DNA from: a virus
Lineage: Duplodnaviria > Heunggongvirae > Uroviricota > Caudoviricetes
DNA length: 64,000 nt
Virus record (IMG/VR): IMGVR_UViG_2773857866_000003
Direction: 5' to 3' (one strand)
The stretch's first letter is position 1. Every line of letters starts with the position of its first letter. Positions 1 to 8,776 of the stretch are shown here, piece by piece. The translations under genes and the position numbers were made by a program. The notes beneath the pieces were generated by a model, which was not told the origin of the DNA, searched no databases, and saw only the letters and a list, made by a program, of their open reading frames with translations.

Positions 1-165
1 CTATCTGTAATATTTTCCAAATACATATCCCAATCCAAACCAGCCTGCTAAAAGACAAAACACAAGCTCATTTGTGTGTACTGATATTTCAGTTCTACTT
101 ACCTGCTTTTTCATATACAGTAAGTATGCTAAAAATCCAGTTAATAAATGAAGTATAAAAACCAT
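1..165 (-). CDS. small membrane protein (~54 aa), stop overlaps upstream ATG (TAATG)
   Basis: Own translation of the minus strand gives one hydrophobic helix; it is below the ORF track size cutoff; it appears translationally coupled to the 165..449 gene. Confidence 0.25.
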   Translation of the reverse strand: MVFILHLLTGFLAYLLYMKKQVSRTEISVHTNELVFCLLAGWFGLGYVFGKYYR

Positions 166-449
166 TATTCAACTATATCCTTTCCTAATATAAATCTATA
201 AAATTTTTGTCTTACCTCTCTTAGATATCCATGCGTATTAAATTTGTACTTAATAAAAGCTAAAAGACATGGAATACAAACCAATGTAAATGTTATATAG
301 CCTCCTATGGTAAAAAATAAAAAACAGAAGTCAAAATCAGAAGCGTCAAACACTTTCTCATTGTCATATAAAGCATCTTTTCTTATTATCATTCTGAAAC
401 TTAGAATGCCACACAATATCCATGTAAATAAAAAAAGAAATATTTTCAT
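165..449 (-). CDS. hypothetical membrane protein
   Basis: 94 aa ORF with two hydrophobic segments, on the minus strand like all neighbouring genes. Confidence 0.45.
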   Translation of the reverse strand: MKIFLFLFTWILCGILSFRMIIRKDALYDNEKVFDASDFDFCFLFFTIGGYITFTLVCIPCLLAFIKYKFNTHGYLREVRQKFYRFILGKDIVE

Positions 450-715
450 GTCTTTACTTCCTCTTTACTGCCAATAGTGTTCACTTTGTTTGTAAAAATA
501 TTTAAAAAGCGTTCCATTCCATCCCTAGTGACAGCACAATTTTCCTCAGCGAAAATTTTTTGCCAGCCTTTCCGATAGTGTTCTATGAGATTAACTATAT
601 CTTCTCTTTTAATGTAATCATTGTCATCTTTGGATATCTCAATATTATATGTGTTATTCTTTTCATTATAATTTACGGTCAAATTATCACTTTCTGAAAT
701 TGAAATTTTAATCAC
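446..715 (-). CDS. hypothetical protein
   Basis: 89 aa ORF whose start overlaps the downstream gene by 4 nt (ATGA). Confidence 0.45.
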   Translation of the reverse strand: MIKISISESDNLTVNYNEKNNTYNIEISKDDNDYIKREDIVNLIEHYRKGWQKIFAEENCAVTRDGMERFLNIFTNKVNTIGSKEEVKT

Positions 716-736
716 TTCATCACCTACCTATATTAT

Positions 737-889
737 TTAATCATCCCAGTCATCTCGATTGGGATTGTTGTGACAATATGGACAATAACTCTCATATTCT
801 CCCTCATCATTCATAAAATAATCATCACCATATCCTGAACACTCATAACAATAATCATATTTATCTTCTAAATCTTCATCGAACTCCAT
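737..889 (-). CDS. small acidic Cys-rich protein (50 aa; CYECSG...CPYCH zinc-ribbon-like)
   Basis: Own translation of the minus strand: MEFDEDLEDKYDYCYECSGYGDDYFMNDEGEYESYCPYCHNNPNRDDWDD. Confidence 0.3.
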   Translation of the reverse strand: MEFDEDLEDKYDYCYECSGYGDDYFMNDEGEYESYCPYCHNNPNRDDWDD

Positions 890-898
890 AAATCAGTT

Positions 899-1681
899 TT
901 ACCTCTTTCTTAGTAAAATTTTTACATGTGTATTATCTTTAATCTCAATATTAAAATCTTCTTTAACTTTTTGATATGTATAAGGCAGCACATAATCTTC
1001 AAAGTAGATGATTTCGTATTTATCTATAGGAATTTTACTCAACAACTCTTCAGTGGTTATGGGAAAGTAGTTTTCTCGCACTTCTCTCTGCCAATTGTCT
1101 ATGTAGCGGTATTTCATGAGATAATGAATTAACTGTTTATTGTTTCTGACTTTTCCCCAGATACTTTCAAACTCTTTCAAAGCCGTAGGTGTACTTTTAA
1201 TAACTGCTTTCACATAATCATTCATATCTGTTTCTCTATCAGCAGTTTTACTCAAGCATAAATCTCTTATAGAAATGTATTGAAATCCAGAATCAAATAC
1301 TCTTTTCCAAAATTCTTTTATTTCATTTGGTTTGCTATAAGAATAAACTTCGTGGATAACACTGGAAAGATTTAGTAACGCTGTGTCTGTATCAATTTTT
1401 TTACATATAACATTAAAATCTTCATCGAATATGGCAATATCTGAATGACAATCATTTGCTTTTGCTATCATTTCAGAGCTGTTGTCGTAGCCATATAGGT
1501 CAATCTCAGGAGATATGTCATGAATATGTCTCAACATATCTCCCTGAGCACAACCAAAATCTAAGATTGCATCAACATTTTCAATTTTATCAAGGAAAAA
1601 TAATTTATCTAAATAAGATTTGTTCATTCCAGAAATGTAAGAAGAATAATTAGAAATGTTATTATTACTCATTCTCTTCAC
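899..1681 (-). CDS. class I SAM-dependent methyltransferase
   Basis: LDFGCAQGDML matches the glycine-rich SAM-binding motif I, followed by an acidic loop (DLYGYDNS). Confidence 0.55.
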   Translation of the reverse strand: MKRMSNNNISNYSSYISGMNKSYLDKLFFLDKIENVDAILDFGCAQGDMLRHIHDISPEIDLYGYDNSSEMIAKANDCHSDIAIFDEDFNVICKKIDTDTALLNLSSVIHEVYSYSKPNEIKEFWKRVFDSGFQYISIRDLCLSKTADRETDMNDYVKAVIKSTPTALKEFESIWGKVRNNKQLIHYLMKYRYIDNWQREVRENYFPITTEELLSKIPIDKYEIIYFEDYVLPYTYQKVKEDFNIEIKDNTHVKILLRKR

Positions 1682-2372
1682 CTGTAATCAATTCTGAACA
1701 AGGGAGAGTTTTAATCCATTCGCAGAATGTTCGCCATTCATCTAACTTATGTTTCTTTCTCTGATGATACATATTTGCCAGAACTTCATAATTGAGCATG
1801 ACCGTGCGTTTCTGATTGTATGATGATGGAAGAAGCTGAATTAACTGCCACCAATCGGTTTTATTTTTAGTTTCCATAAATGTTTTTCTACAAGCATTCA
1901 AGCACTTAATCATTTCTTTCATTAACATATATGGTTTATATTCTTCACCATCTTCATCTAATCTTGAGATGGTTTCCAAATGTTCACAACTGAAATCTTC
2001 TAATGTGAATTCTTTCGCCGCAATCTTGTGCATTGTACTACAACTGTTCGCAACTGTGCCAACTTTATATGTATCAAATTCCTTCCACCAGTATAAAGGA
2101 GCAGTAATATCAACATATACTGTAATCATCCTCATGAATTTGCGATGTTCTGTTCCTGCTTTATCAAGTCTTTTCATGAGGTCTAAATCATTTGAGCCAA
2201 TAATAAAACCATTTGTATGAGGTAAGCATTCTCCATCACAGTCTCCACAAAATATATTTCTACATTCCTCACTATCACTTTTATCCCAACTGTTTAGGGG
2301 ATTTCTCATACCTCTTATAACAGTTTCCCACTGTTTTTCGTGTGGTAATACAACATTTTCAATTTTAATCAT
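1665..2372 (-). CDS. ThyX-fold protein (divergent flavin-dependent thymidylate synthase-like; RHR motif replaced)
   Basis: The segment LMKRLDKAGTEHRKF...ITAPLYWWKEFDTYK aligns to the ThyX core (LMKHGHETPFEH...KAPIFVARQWFRHR), but RHR is replaced by TYK. Confidence 0.35.
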   Translation of the reverse strand: MIKIENVVLPHEKQWETVIRGMRNPLNSWDKSDSEECRNIFCGDCDGECLPHTNGFIIGSNDLDLMKRLDKAGTEHRKFMRMITVYVDITAPLYWWKEFDTYKVGTVANSCSTMHKIAAKEFTLEDFSCEHLETISRLDEDGEEYKPYMLMKEMIKCLNACRKTFMETKNKTDWWQLIQLLPSSYNQKRTVMLNYEVLANMYHQRKKHKLDEWRTFCEWIKTLPCSELITGEENE

Positions 2373-2613
2373 TTTCTTGAACCTCCCACTCTTTTACATA
2401 TTTATAAAAGTTATCTTTTACATTTTCATTATCAGTTACAATTTCTACTGTTACAGGCTTTGACCAATCTAAGCTGTACATTCCCAAAAGACTTTTAGCA
2501 TTGATAACTTGTCTTCCCTGCTTAACATAAATTTCTTCCTCAAACACTGTTGAACAAGCATTAACAAAAGCATTCATGTCACTAATATAATTTAATTGAA
2601 TTTTAGTTTCCAT
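2365..2613 (-). CDS. HPr/Crh-like phosphocarrier-fold protein lacking His15
   Basis: GRQVINAKSLLGMYSL...VEIVTD aligns to HPr GKTVNLKSIMGVMSLG...AEITI; the Ser46 region is kept, but there is no GxHARP histidine. Confidence 0.55.
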   Translation of the reverse strand: METKIQLNYISDMNAFVNACSTVFEEEIYVKQGRQVINAKSLLGMYSLDWSKPVTVEIVTDNENVKDNFYKYVKEWEVQEND

Positions 2614-2859
2614 CTACTTATCCTCCATCCATAATGAAATTTCTTCTTTGAACTTAGTAATGGTTTCTATATTATCTGTGTGTATTTCAACTTTTGCACT
2701 CTCACCTAAATCTGTAGACATAATACCCATGATAGATTTTGCATCAATAACATATCTTCCATGTATGTAATCTATATCTTCTTCAAATTCACCGCATTTT
2801 TTAACGAATAGAGCAGCATTATTTACGCTATTTAATTTAATTTTAAATATGTTATTCAT
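2614..2859 (-). CDS. HPr/Crh-like phosphocarrier-fold protein lacking His15 (paralogue)
   Basis: FKIKLNSVNNAALFVKKCGEFEEDIDYIHGRYVIDAKSIMGIMSTDLG aligns across the length of B. subtilis HPr; His15 is replaced by Asn; Ser46 (KSIMG) is conserved. Confidence 0.65.
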   Translation of the reverse strand: MNNIFKIKLNSVNNAALFVKKCGEFEEDIDYIHGRYVIDAKSIMGIMSTDLGESAKVEIHTDNIETITKFKEEISLWMEDK

Positions 2860-2874
2860 TACACTTTCTCCCTT

Positions 2875-3261
2875 TTACTTAATCCTATTGTATAATTCTC
2901 TATATTTTTTAAAATCTTCTGCATTTCCACCATTATCAGGATGTGATTTTTTCATTGCATATTTGACCGCCTCGATGATTTCTTGATTGTTTATCTGACT
3001 ATTGCAAGAATTGTATGTATCGTTTTGTCTGTTCATTTGTTCTTTTAATTGTTCTAGTTGTTTTGACAACCTAGCATAATTATCATAATAAAAATTGTAA
3101 CCACTACGAAGACGTGCTGCTTCACGTTCTGCGTCTTCTGCCAACATTTGCCAATCGTCTTTTTGACGTTCTTGCTTTTTTATTTGTCCCGTTAGTGATG
3201 AGAGTCTACAAAAACTTGTCAATAGTAATAAAGCTAATGGAATTATAATTATGTAAGCCAT
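2875..3261 (-). CDS. membrane-anchored coiled-coil protein with C-terminal J-domain-like motif
   Basis: N-terminal TM helix, central coiled coil, and C-terminal AVKYAMKKSHPDNGGNAEDFKKYRELY (HPD tripeptide between two helices, as in a DnaJ J-domain). Confidence 0.45.
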   Translation of the reverse strand: MAYIIIIPLALLLLTSFCRLSSLTGQIKKQERQKDDWQMLAEDAEREAARLRSGYNFYYDNYARLSKQLEQLKEQMNRQNDTYNSCNSQINNQEIIEAVKYAMKKSHPDNGGNAEDFKKYRELYNRIK

Positions 3262-3263
3262 TC

Positions 3264-3812
3264 TTACTCCTTCTTGTCGGTACTTCCAAACCCTCCGTTA
3301 CGCACTCCTGTACAATCATCATCAACTGTCAATCCATAAGGCAAGAAAATGCCTTGTGCAAAACCTTCTCCTCGTTTGATTTTTACTGTTTTGTCACCTC
3401 TATTGACCAACTTCACAAAAATATGTCCTTCGTTGTCACTGTAAGCGTAATCTGCGTCCACTATCCCTGTTCCATTACAAAGATTTACCTGATACTTAAA
3501 TCCTAATCCACTTCTAGGAAAAATCTGCAATACCCAATCATTATTCATTTCACATCTAATTCCTGTAGGAATTTTGATTGTTTCTCCGGGTTTTAATCCA
3601 ACAAAGTCTACCGGACTGAAAAAATCGTATCCGGCACTTCCTGCTGTTGCTCTCTTAGGAAGTTTGATATTATCGTACATGTCTTTTACATATTTCTCTT
3701 TAATATTATCTGGTAATGTAAACGTATCCATCATATCCTTAAAAAACTGTTCATAAGTTACTTTCTCAAATTTTGCTATTCTTCTGTTTACTATATACTC
3801 AGCATTATTCAT
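3264..3812 (-). CDS. dut: dUTP diphosphatase (trimeric dUTPase family)
   Basis: dUTPase motifs are present: AGSAGYDF, PRSGLG, GIVDADYAY, plus a C-terminal glycine-rich arm (RNGGFGSTD). Confidence 0.8.
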   Translation of the reverse strand: MNNAEYIVNRRIAKFEKVTYEQFFKDMMDTFTLPDNIKEKYVKDMYDNIKLPKRATAGSAGYDFFSPVDFVGLKPGETIKIPTGIRCEMNNDWVLQIFPRSGLGFKYQVNLCNGTGIVDADYAYSDNEGHIFVKLVNRGDKTVKIKRGEGFAQGIFLPYGLTVDDDCTGVRNGGFGSTDKKE

Positions 3813-3815
3813 TAT

Positions 3816-4058
3816 TTATTTCTCCTTTTCCATCATTAAATCAATTGCTCTTTTAGTCTTTTCAGCATCTACTAAACTTGGCATATTAAAAATATATCCT
3901 CTAATATCTTCAACTGCTTTTTCAGGTGGTCTACGCCCCTTTGACTCTTCAACACAAGCTTCTCCAATTTTGCATAAACTGCTTTTCATCTGTTCTATTA
4001 AATAGATTAGCTGCTCTTTTGATAGTTCCTGTAATACTTCCTTATCGTGTTTTGTCAT
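3816..4058 (-). CDS. hypothetical protein (81 aa; start at internal Met of the 3816..4244 ORF)
   Basis: Using the ATG at 4058 avoids a 170 nt out-of-frame overlap with the 4075..4371 gene; the protein is helical and charged. Confidence 0.4.
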   Translation of the reverse strand: MTKHDKEVLQELSKEQLIYLIEQMKSSLCKIGEACVEESKGRRPPEKAVEDIRGYIFNMPSLVDAEKTKRAIDLMMEKEK

Positions 4059-4074
4059 GGTAATTTTCCTTACT

Positions 4075-4371
4075 TTACTCGTCTTTATGGCATGTGTTAG
4101 TGAGTTTTTTATAAACATCCTCATAGAGTTCCTGCTTGTCTCCATTAAATGTGTATTCTGCATAAATACCATCTCCTGACACAGCAGTAGATACCAAACA
4201 TTTATAGTTTTGCAATGTCTTACAGCTCCACACAATAAATACATCTCCTAAATCAATCGGTGTTTCCGATCTGTTTTTGTTATACCATTCAACTAATTTC
4301 TTCTGACATACACTTTCAAAATGTTTCATTCCTGTAATAATCATATTATTTTCTCCTTTTCTTATAACCAA
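4075..4371 (-). CDS. hypothetical protein
   Basis: 98 aa ORF on the coding strand. Confidence 0.45.
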   Translation of the reverse strand: MVIRKGENNMIITGMKHFESVCQKKLVEWYNKNRSETPIDLGDVFIVWSCKTLQNYKCLVSTAVSGDGIYAEYTFNGDKQELYEDVYKKLTNTCHKDE

Positions 4372-4547
4372 ATAATCTTTTACGCTCTTTCAAAATATAT
4401 CTACAATGATTGCATCCATTTCTATTTTTACACTTCCAACAATTATCATTGTCCAACCAGAACCAATGTGGCATTTCAGGAGCTTTTCTTTTCTTAGACT
4501 TGCTCATTTATTCAATATTTAATATATTGCCTCCCATCGCTTACGCT

Positions 4548-5213
4548 TTAAATTAAAACCAATTTAGTATAGTCAGGGTTATAGTTTTTTCTAAAAACAA
4601 AATGTGCATATTCAATAGAATCTGTAGAGCCATGTTTAACATTTCCATTTTTATCAAACATAACATATCCATCCTTATCTTTTTTATCACAAAATCCTAT
4701 TCTAACATGATGCACGAAACACCATTCAGGCATATATTTTTCAAAAAATTTCTTTCTATCCTTACTGCCGAAAAAATTTAACCTAAGAAGCATAATTACA
4801 TACCCATTATTCTCAACATCGCTTAATGCTTTTTCAATAATCTTAATCGCAGATGCAAATGGAGGATTTGTTATAATTAAATTAGGTTTATTTTCTAACT
4901 CTGTTTCTAAATAGTCTGCACAGTGCTCTGCTAAGGAATCTTCTCTTATATCCATAGTTGTAATATTACATTTTCCATATATGTTACTAATGGCTGTTGG
5001 ATAACTCATTGCATGATATATTTCTTTTATTCCATGTTCATCTTTTACTTCTTTATTTCCTCCTGCACATGGATCAAGAATGTTTATTTCGTTCCATTCT
5101 ATTTTTACATGTTCATTAAAATTTTTAAGAAATAATTCAACATCAGAAATCGGTGTTACATAATAATCTGAAATATGATTGTCTCTTGCATTACTTCTAT
5201 TTGTACTACTCAA
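4548..5213 (-). CDS. DNA methyltransferase (amino-MTase, NPPF motif IV; N6A or N4C)
   Basis: ILDPCAGGN (motif I) and IITNPPF (motif IV) are both present. Confidence 0.7.
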   Translation of the reverse strand: MSSTNRSNARDNHISDYYVTPISDVELFLKNFNEHVKIEWNEINILDPCAGGNKEVKDEHGIKEIYHAMSYPTAISNIYGKCNITTMDIREDSLAEHCADYLETELENKPNLIITNPPFASAIKIIEKALSDVENNGYVIMLLRLNFFGSKDRKKFFEKYMPEWCFVHHVRIGFCDKKDKDGYVMFDKNGNVKHGSTDSIEYAHFVFRKNYNPDYTKLVLI

Positions 5214-5445
5214 GTCTCTTACCTTATAGCGGTTGCAACCTTATCTCATGAGACTATTTCTATCCTTTCTATATTATTTTTTTATAGTAAACGAGATTAG
5301 TTTTTATCATTTTTTATTGCATAAACAGTTATATTTATATCTACTTTTTCAATTGACACAAAAGTATCACCTTCATTTATTTCAACTCTATATGTACCAT
5401 CTTCATTTTGATAAGCATGAATTTCCTTGTTACAAATATTCTCTT

Positions 5446-5871
5446 TCAATTTTTCTCCTTTACAGGTGCTAACCATAAAACATATTCATAAGGTATAATC
5501 ACCAACTCTTTTGTATTTTTTAATTCAAAATATATATTACTCATAGTCTGATTTACTATTACTCCAGCAAATCCATTTGCTATTTTAGTATTATAATTAT
5601 ATAATTCCTGAACATATTTTTCTTTAAGTTTTACAAAATAGATAGTCTCTGTGAAATCCTTCTTTACAGTTTCTGTTTTAACTGTTGGGTAATTCTTACC
5701 ATTTTCTTCATTCTTAATATAATCTTTGCATTTTTTGTAATTATCTACATTTAACATCTCAGAAAAAATTTTCGTACATTTATACAGACATGATTTACTA
5801 TCATCGCATTCAAAACAACATCTCCTATCCATACATCTTGCACATTCAAACTTGCATGACATTCTATTCAC
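5446..5871 (-). CDS. Cys-rich hypothetical protein (N-terminal CxxC cluster)
   Basis: The first 35 aa (MSCKFECARCMDRRCCFECDDSKSCLYKC) hold 9 cysteines. Confidence 0.4.
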   Translation of the reverse strand: MNRMSCKFECARCMDRRCCFECDDSKSCLYKCTKIFSEMLNVDNYKKCKDYIKNEENGKNYPTVKTETVKKDFTETIYFVKLKEKYVQELYNYNTKIANGFAGVIVNQTMSNIYFELKNTKELVIIPYEYVLWLAPVKEKN

Positions 5872-5959
5872 CTCCTATAAAACGTGAGTTTTATTGTTTT
5901 ATCACACTACGACTCAATGTAATTCCATCTTTTCTTTACTCCTCGCTCGGTTGGCGTGA

Positions 5960-6190
5960 TTAAGTAAATTCAATTTGTACTTCTTGTACCTCAGACAAGC
6001 GAGGAAATATTTCTTTGCATTTGCCTTCTTCATAATGTCGCCTATTTTCTTCATATCCACAGCTCCAACACTTACTTATACTTTGCCCCGGATACGATGT
6101 AAGAACCAAATCCATCATCTTTCCGCCACATTTAGGACAATGTTTTTCGCTTTCAAAATTGTACATACCTATATCTTCCTTTAAATCCAA
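5960..6190 (-). CDS. small zinc-ribbon protein
   Basis: Two cysteine pairs: HCPKCGG...CWSCGYEE. Confidence 0.4.
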   Translation of the reverse strand: MDLKEDIGMYNFESEKHCPKCGGKMMDLVLTSYPGQSISKCWSCGYEENRRHYEEGKCKEIFPRLSEVQEVQIEFT

Positions 6191-6789
6191 CTCAGTGTTG
6201 GCTTTCCATCATAATCCTTATCCCAAACAAACCAAGCGTACATTTTTGTTCCACCATTTTTTGGTTTTTCTTCTCCATAAGGAAACATTGTCACTCTATC
6301 TGAATGTATGTACAGATGTCTTAAATGACTTTCTTCTAATAACTGTTTTCTTTCTTTACTTGACAAAAAGAAAATATTTAAAAGCAGAATAACTTTGTGT
6401 CTTGAAATCCTTAAAAATTCCTTTAACAAACTTCCACCTTTATTTTCTTTTAAGGTCATTAAGTTGTATGGAGGATTAGTAAACACTACATCACAAACAT
6501 TATCTTCAATGTCATAAACATCTACACCTTTATTTCCTTTAATGTATTCTTCTGTTTGGATATCTGAACATTTTAGGTTTTCAAATCCGTATATTTGTAG
6601 TACATCACTGATTGCTCCTGCGCCCACACAAGGTTCATAAATTTCTTCATATTTATTTATCAATCCATCTGTGAGCAATGCTTCAATTACTTTTTCAGTA
6701 GCCCATTTCGGAGTTTCGTAAAAATCAAATTCATCATTACGTTTTCTTCCAGTGATGTTACTGCCGTTTAATGTTTTATTGTCCGACAT
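6181..6789 (-). CDS. DNA N6-adenine methyltransferase (NPPY)
   Basis: EPCVGAGAISD (motif I) and VVFTNPPYN (motif IV) are both present. Confidence 0.75.
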   Translation of the reverse strand: MSDNKTLNGSNITGRKRNDEFDFYETPKWATEKVIEALLTDGLINKYEEIYEPCVGAGAISDVLQIYGFENLKCSDIQTEEYIKGNKGVDVYDIEDNVCDVVFTNPPYNLMTLKENKGGSLLKEFLRISRHKVILLLNIFFLSSKERKQLLEESHLRHLYIHSDRVTMFPYGEEKPKNGGTKMYAWFVWDKDYDGKPTLSWI

Positions 6790-7492
6790 TTACATCACCT
6801 TCTTTCAATCGGTCTTTAGCAATATTAAAATATTCTTCTTCTTTCTCAATTCCGATGAATTTTCGATTGAGATTTTTACAAGCTTCACCAGTCGTTCCTG
6901 ACCCCATCGTAAAGTCTAAAACAGTATCTCCTTCATTTGTCCAAATTGTTACGCAGCGTTCCATAAGCTGCAATGGCTTTTGGGTCGGATGTCCATTTCT
7001 TTCCTTGCTCCAAGGTACAATTGGAGAAATATCATACCAGACATTTGTTAATGCTCTGCATTCTTGTCCATTTTTCTTTCCCATTCCTCCAGTTTTCTTA
7101 GGAATATTGGAATAAATTTTATTAAATGTAGGTTTATCACCTTTGCAATACCAAAGGATGTCTTCTCTCGTAGATACAAAATTCTTCTTGGCTCCACGTC
7201 CCTTAATTCTATCCCACACAATCCAGTTCTGAATTTCAAATTTTTCATCCAACAGTTCTTTGGTTTGCAATACATTAGACCATCCTTGAAATAGAATTAA
7301 ATTACCATTATCTTTTAGTAGGTCATAACATAAGTTAATTGCTAATGGCATATTAAATTCTTTATCCCAATCTGCCTGTTTTATTAGATAAGGCGGATCA
7401 CAGATAATTGCATCTACTTTTACATCCTGTTTAATTAAGTCATTCATGACATCAAAACAGTCAGCTTGATATAATTCAATATCTTTTTTCAT
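6776..7492 (-). CDS. DNA methyltransferase, beta-class (motif IV before motif I; ParB-MTase N4/N6 type)
   Basis: N-terminal DAIICDPPYL (DPPY) and C-terminal VLDFTMGSGTTGEAC (SAM-binding) are both present. Confidence 0.8.
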   Translation of the reverse strand: MKKDIELYQADCFDVMNDLIKQDVKVDAIICDPPYLIKQADWDKEFNMPLAINLCYDLLKDNGNLILFQGWSNVLQTKELLDEKFEIQNWIVWDRIKGRGAKKNFVSTREDILWYCKGDKPTFNKIYSNIPKKTGGMGKKNGQECRALTNVWYDISPIVPWSKERNGHPTQKPLQLMERCVTIWTNEGDTVLDFTMGSGTTGEACKNLNRKFIGIEKEEEYFNIAKDRLKEGDVNVGQ

Positions 7493-7499
7493 CTTTTTA

Positions 7500-7550
7500 C
7501 CAGAAAGCCCACATGGTTTACAGTAGCTACACTTATTGTCCTTTCTGATT
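7500..7550 (-). promoter_or_regulatory. conserved intergenic inverted-repeat element upstream of an MTase start; copy 1
   Basis: Same hairpin-capable repeat as the 8292..8347 copy. Confidence 0.5.
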
Positions 7551-8241
7551 AATTATTGTTTATTCTATCTTTCGCTATTTCAAAATATTTTTCTTCTTTT
7601 TCAATTCCAATAAAACGTCTATTTAAATTCTTACATGATAAACCTGTTGTACCTGACCCCATACAATTATCTAAAACCAAATCACCCTCATTTGTATACG
7701 TTTTAACCATATATTCACATAATGCTAGTGGTTTTTGTGTAGGATGTAAATAACAAGTTTGCTTATCGCTAGGAAATGTTAATACACTTCGAGGATAGCG
7801 TATGGTTTCTCCACCGCCGCTAATCTCTTTATTCATCTTTCCATAAATTTCTGTATTATTTTGTGTTGTTATATATTTTGTATATGAATGTATTGGCTCA
7901 TGACCCTCTGTCATTTGAGGATTATATGTTGGTAATTTTTTATAAAACACTAATAAATTCTCATGGGCTTTCATAGGCATCTTTTTAGCATTTAAATGTC
8001 CAGTGGCTTGTGTTTTTTCCCATATCCATTCGTATCTCAGCATTTTTAAATTTGAAGCTCCTAGTACTTTATCAAACGGTGTTTGAGCAAATAATACAAT
8101 CGCACCATTTTCCTTAATAATACGACAATATTGTTTCCATAGTTCTTCAAGAGATATTATTGAGTCCCATTTACATTTTGTTGTCCCATAAGGTAAATCA
8201 CACAAAATCATGTCAATACTTTCATCAGAAATATTATTCAT
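7549..8241 (-). CDS. DNA methyltransferase, beta-class paralogue. Homology to its neighbour continues 14 codons upstream of the first ATG, back to an ATT at 8283..8281.
   Basis: MILCDLPYG and VLDNCMGSGTTGLSC are present. The upstream in-frame stretch IKDIELWHGDCLEL matches MKKDIELYQADCFDV of the paralogue, and the ATG position is occupied by ATT. Confidence 0.7.
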   Translation of the reverse strand: MNNISDESIDMILCDLPYGTTKCKWDSIISLEELWKQYCRIIKENGAIVLFAQTPFDKVLGASNLKMLRYEWIWEKTQATGHLNAKKMPMKAHENLLVFYKKLPTYNPQMTEGHEPIHSYTKYITTQNNTEIYGKMNKEISGGGETIRYPRSVLTFPSDKQTCYLHPTQKPLALCEYMVKTYTNEGDLVLDNCMGSGTTGLSCKNLNRRFIGIEKEEKYFEIAKDRINNN

Positions 8242-8291
8242 TAACTCAAGACAATCTCCATGCCATAATTCAATATCTTTAATTTTCCCTC

Positions 8292-8347
8292 ACCAGAAAG
8301 GTGACATGTCCTTAGTAGCTACCCTAACTTTTATCCTTTCTGATTAA
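8292..8347 (-). promoter_or_regulatory. conserved intergenic inverted-repeat element (CAGAAAGG ... 31 nt ... CCTTTCTG) upstream of an MTase start; copy 2
   Basis: It is near-identical to 7500..7550 (shared 19-mer TCCTTTCTGATTAATTATT and central GTAGCTAC), placed between the stop of one gene and the start of the next. Confidence 0.5.
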
Positions 8348-8554
8348 TTATTTTAAATAAAATTTCTCTTGTTCATTCTTAAATATCAAATAAAAACATC
8401 CTAACAGCACAAAGGAAGTCAACATATCTGCAATTCCTGCTGTAAATATTCCTGTTTCTAATATTTCGATTCCAGCATACATGCCTACATATATAACGTA
8501 GGCAAGCATACTTTTAAATAAGCACATCTTCTTTTCATATTTATTTAATTTCAT
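8348..8554 (-). CDS. small membrane protein
   Basis: 68 aa with two hydrophobic helices. Confidence 0.4.
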   Translation of the reverse strand: MKLNKYEKKMCLFKSMLAYVIYVGMYAGIEILETGIFTAGIADMLTSFVLLGCFYLIFKNEQEKFYLK

Positions 8555-8566
8555 TATTCACCTTCT

Positions 8567-8776
8567 CTATTTACGTTCCAACGCTTCTCCATAAGTGATA
8601 AAGACTATCTTTCCTATATCTGAATAATGAAACAGGAAAGCGTGTTGTTCTTTCTCTTCAATACCAACAAAGTAATCCTCTTCAACAGTTCTCACTGTTA
8701 AACGTAGAACTTCGTTAATATCCTGTTTAGGAAGTTTCCTGAGATAAAAGATTTTATCCTTCTTTTTTAATCGCAT
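8567..8776 (-). CDS. hypothetical protein
   Basis: 69 aa ORF that overlaps the ribonucleotide reductase stop. Confidence 0.4.
   Translation of the reverse strand: MRLKKKDKIFYLRKLPKQDINEVLRLTVRTVEEDYFVGIEEKEQHAFLFHYSDIGKIVFITYGEALERK

Noticed and set aside
7048-7275. 75 aa minus-strand ORF inside the MTase 6776..7492
   Set aside because: It is out of frame within a gene that has conserved MTase motifs.
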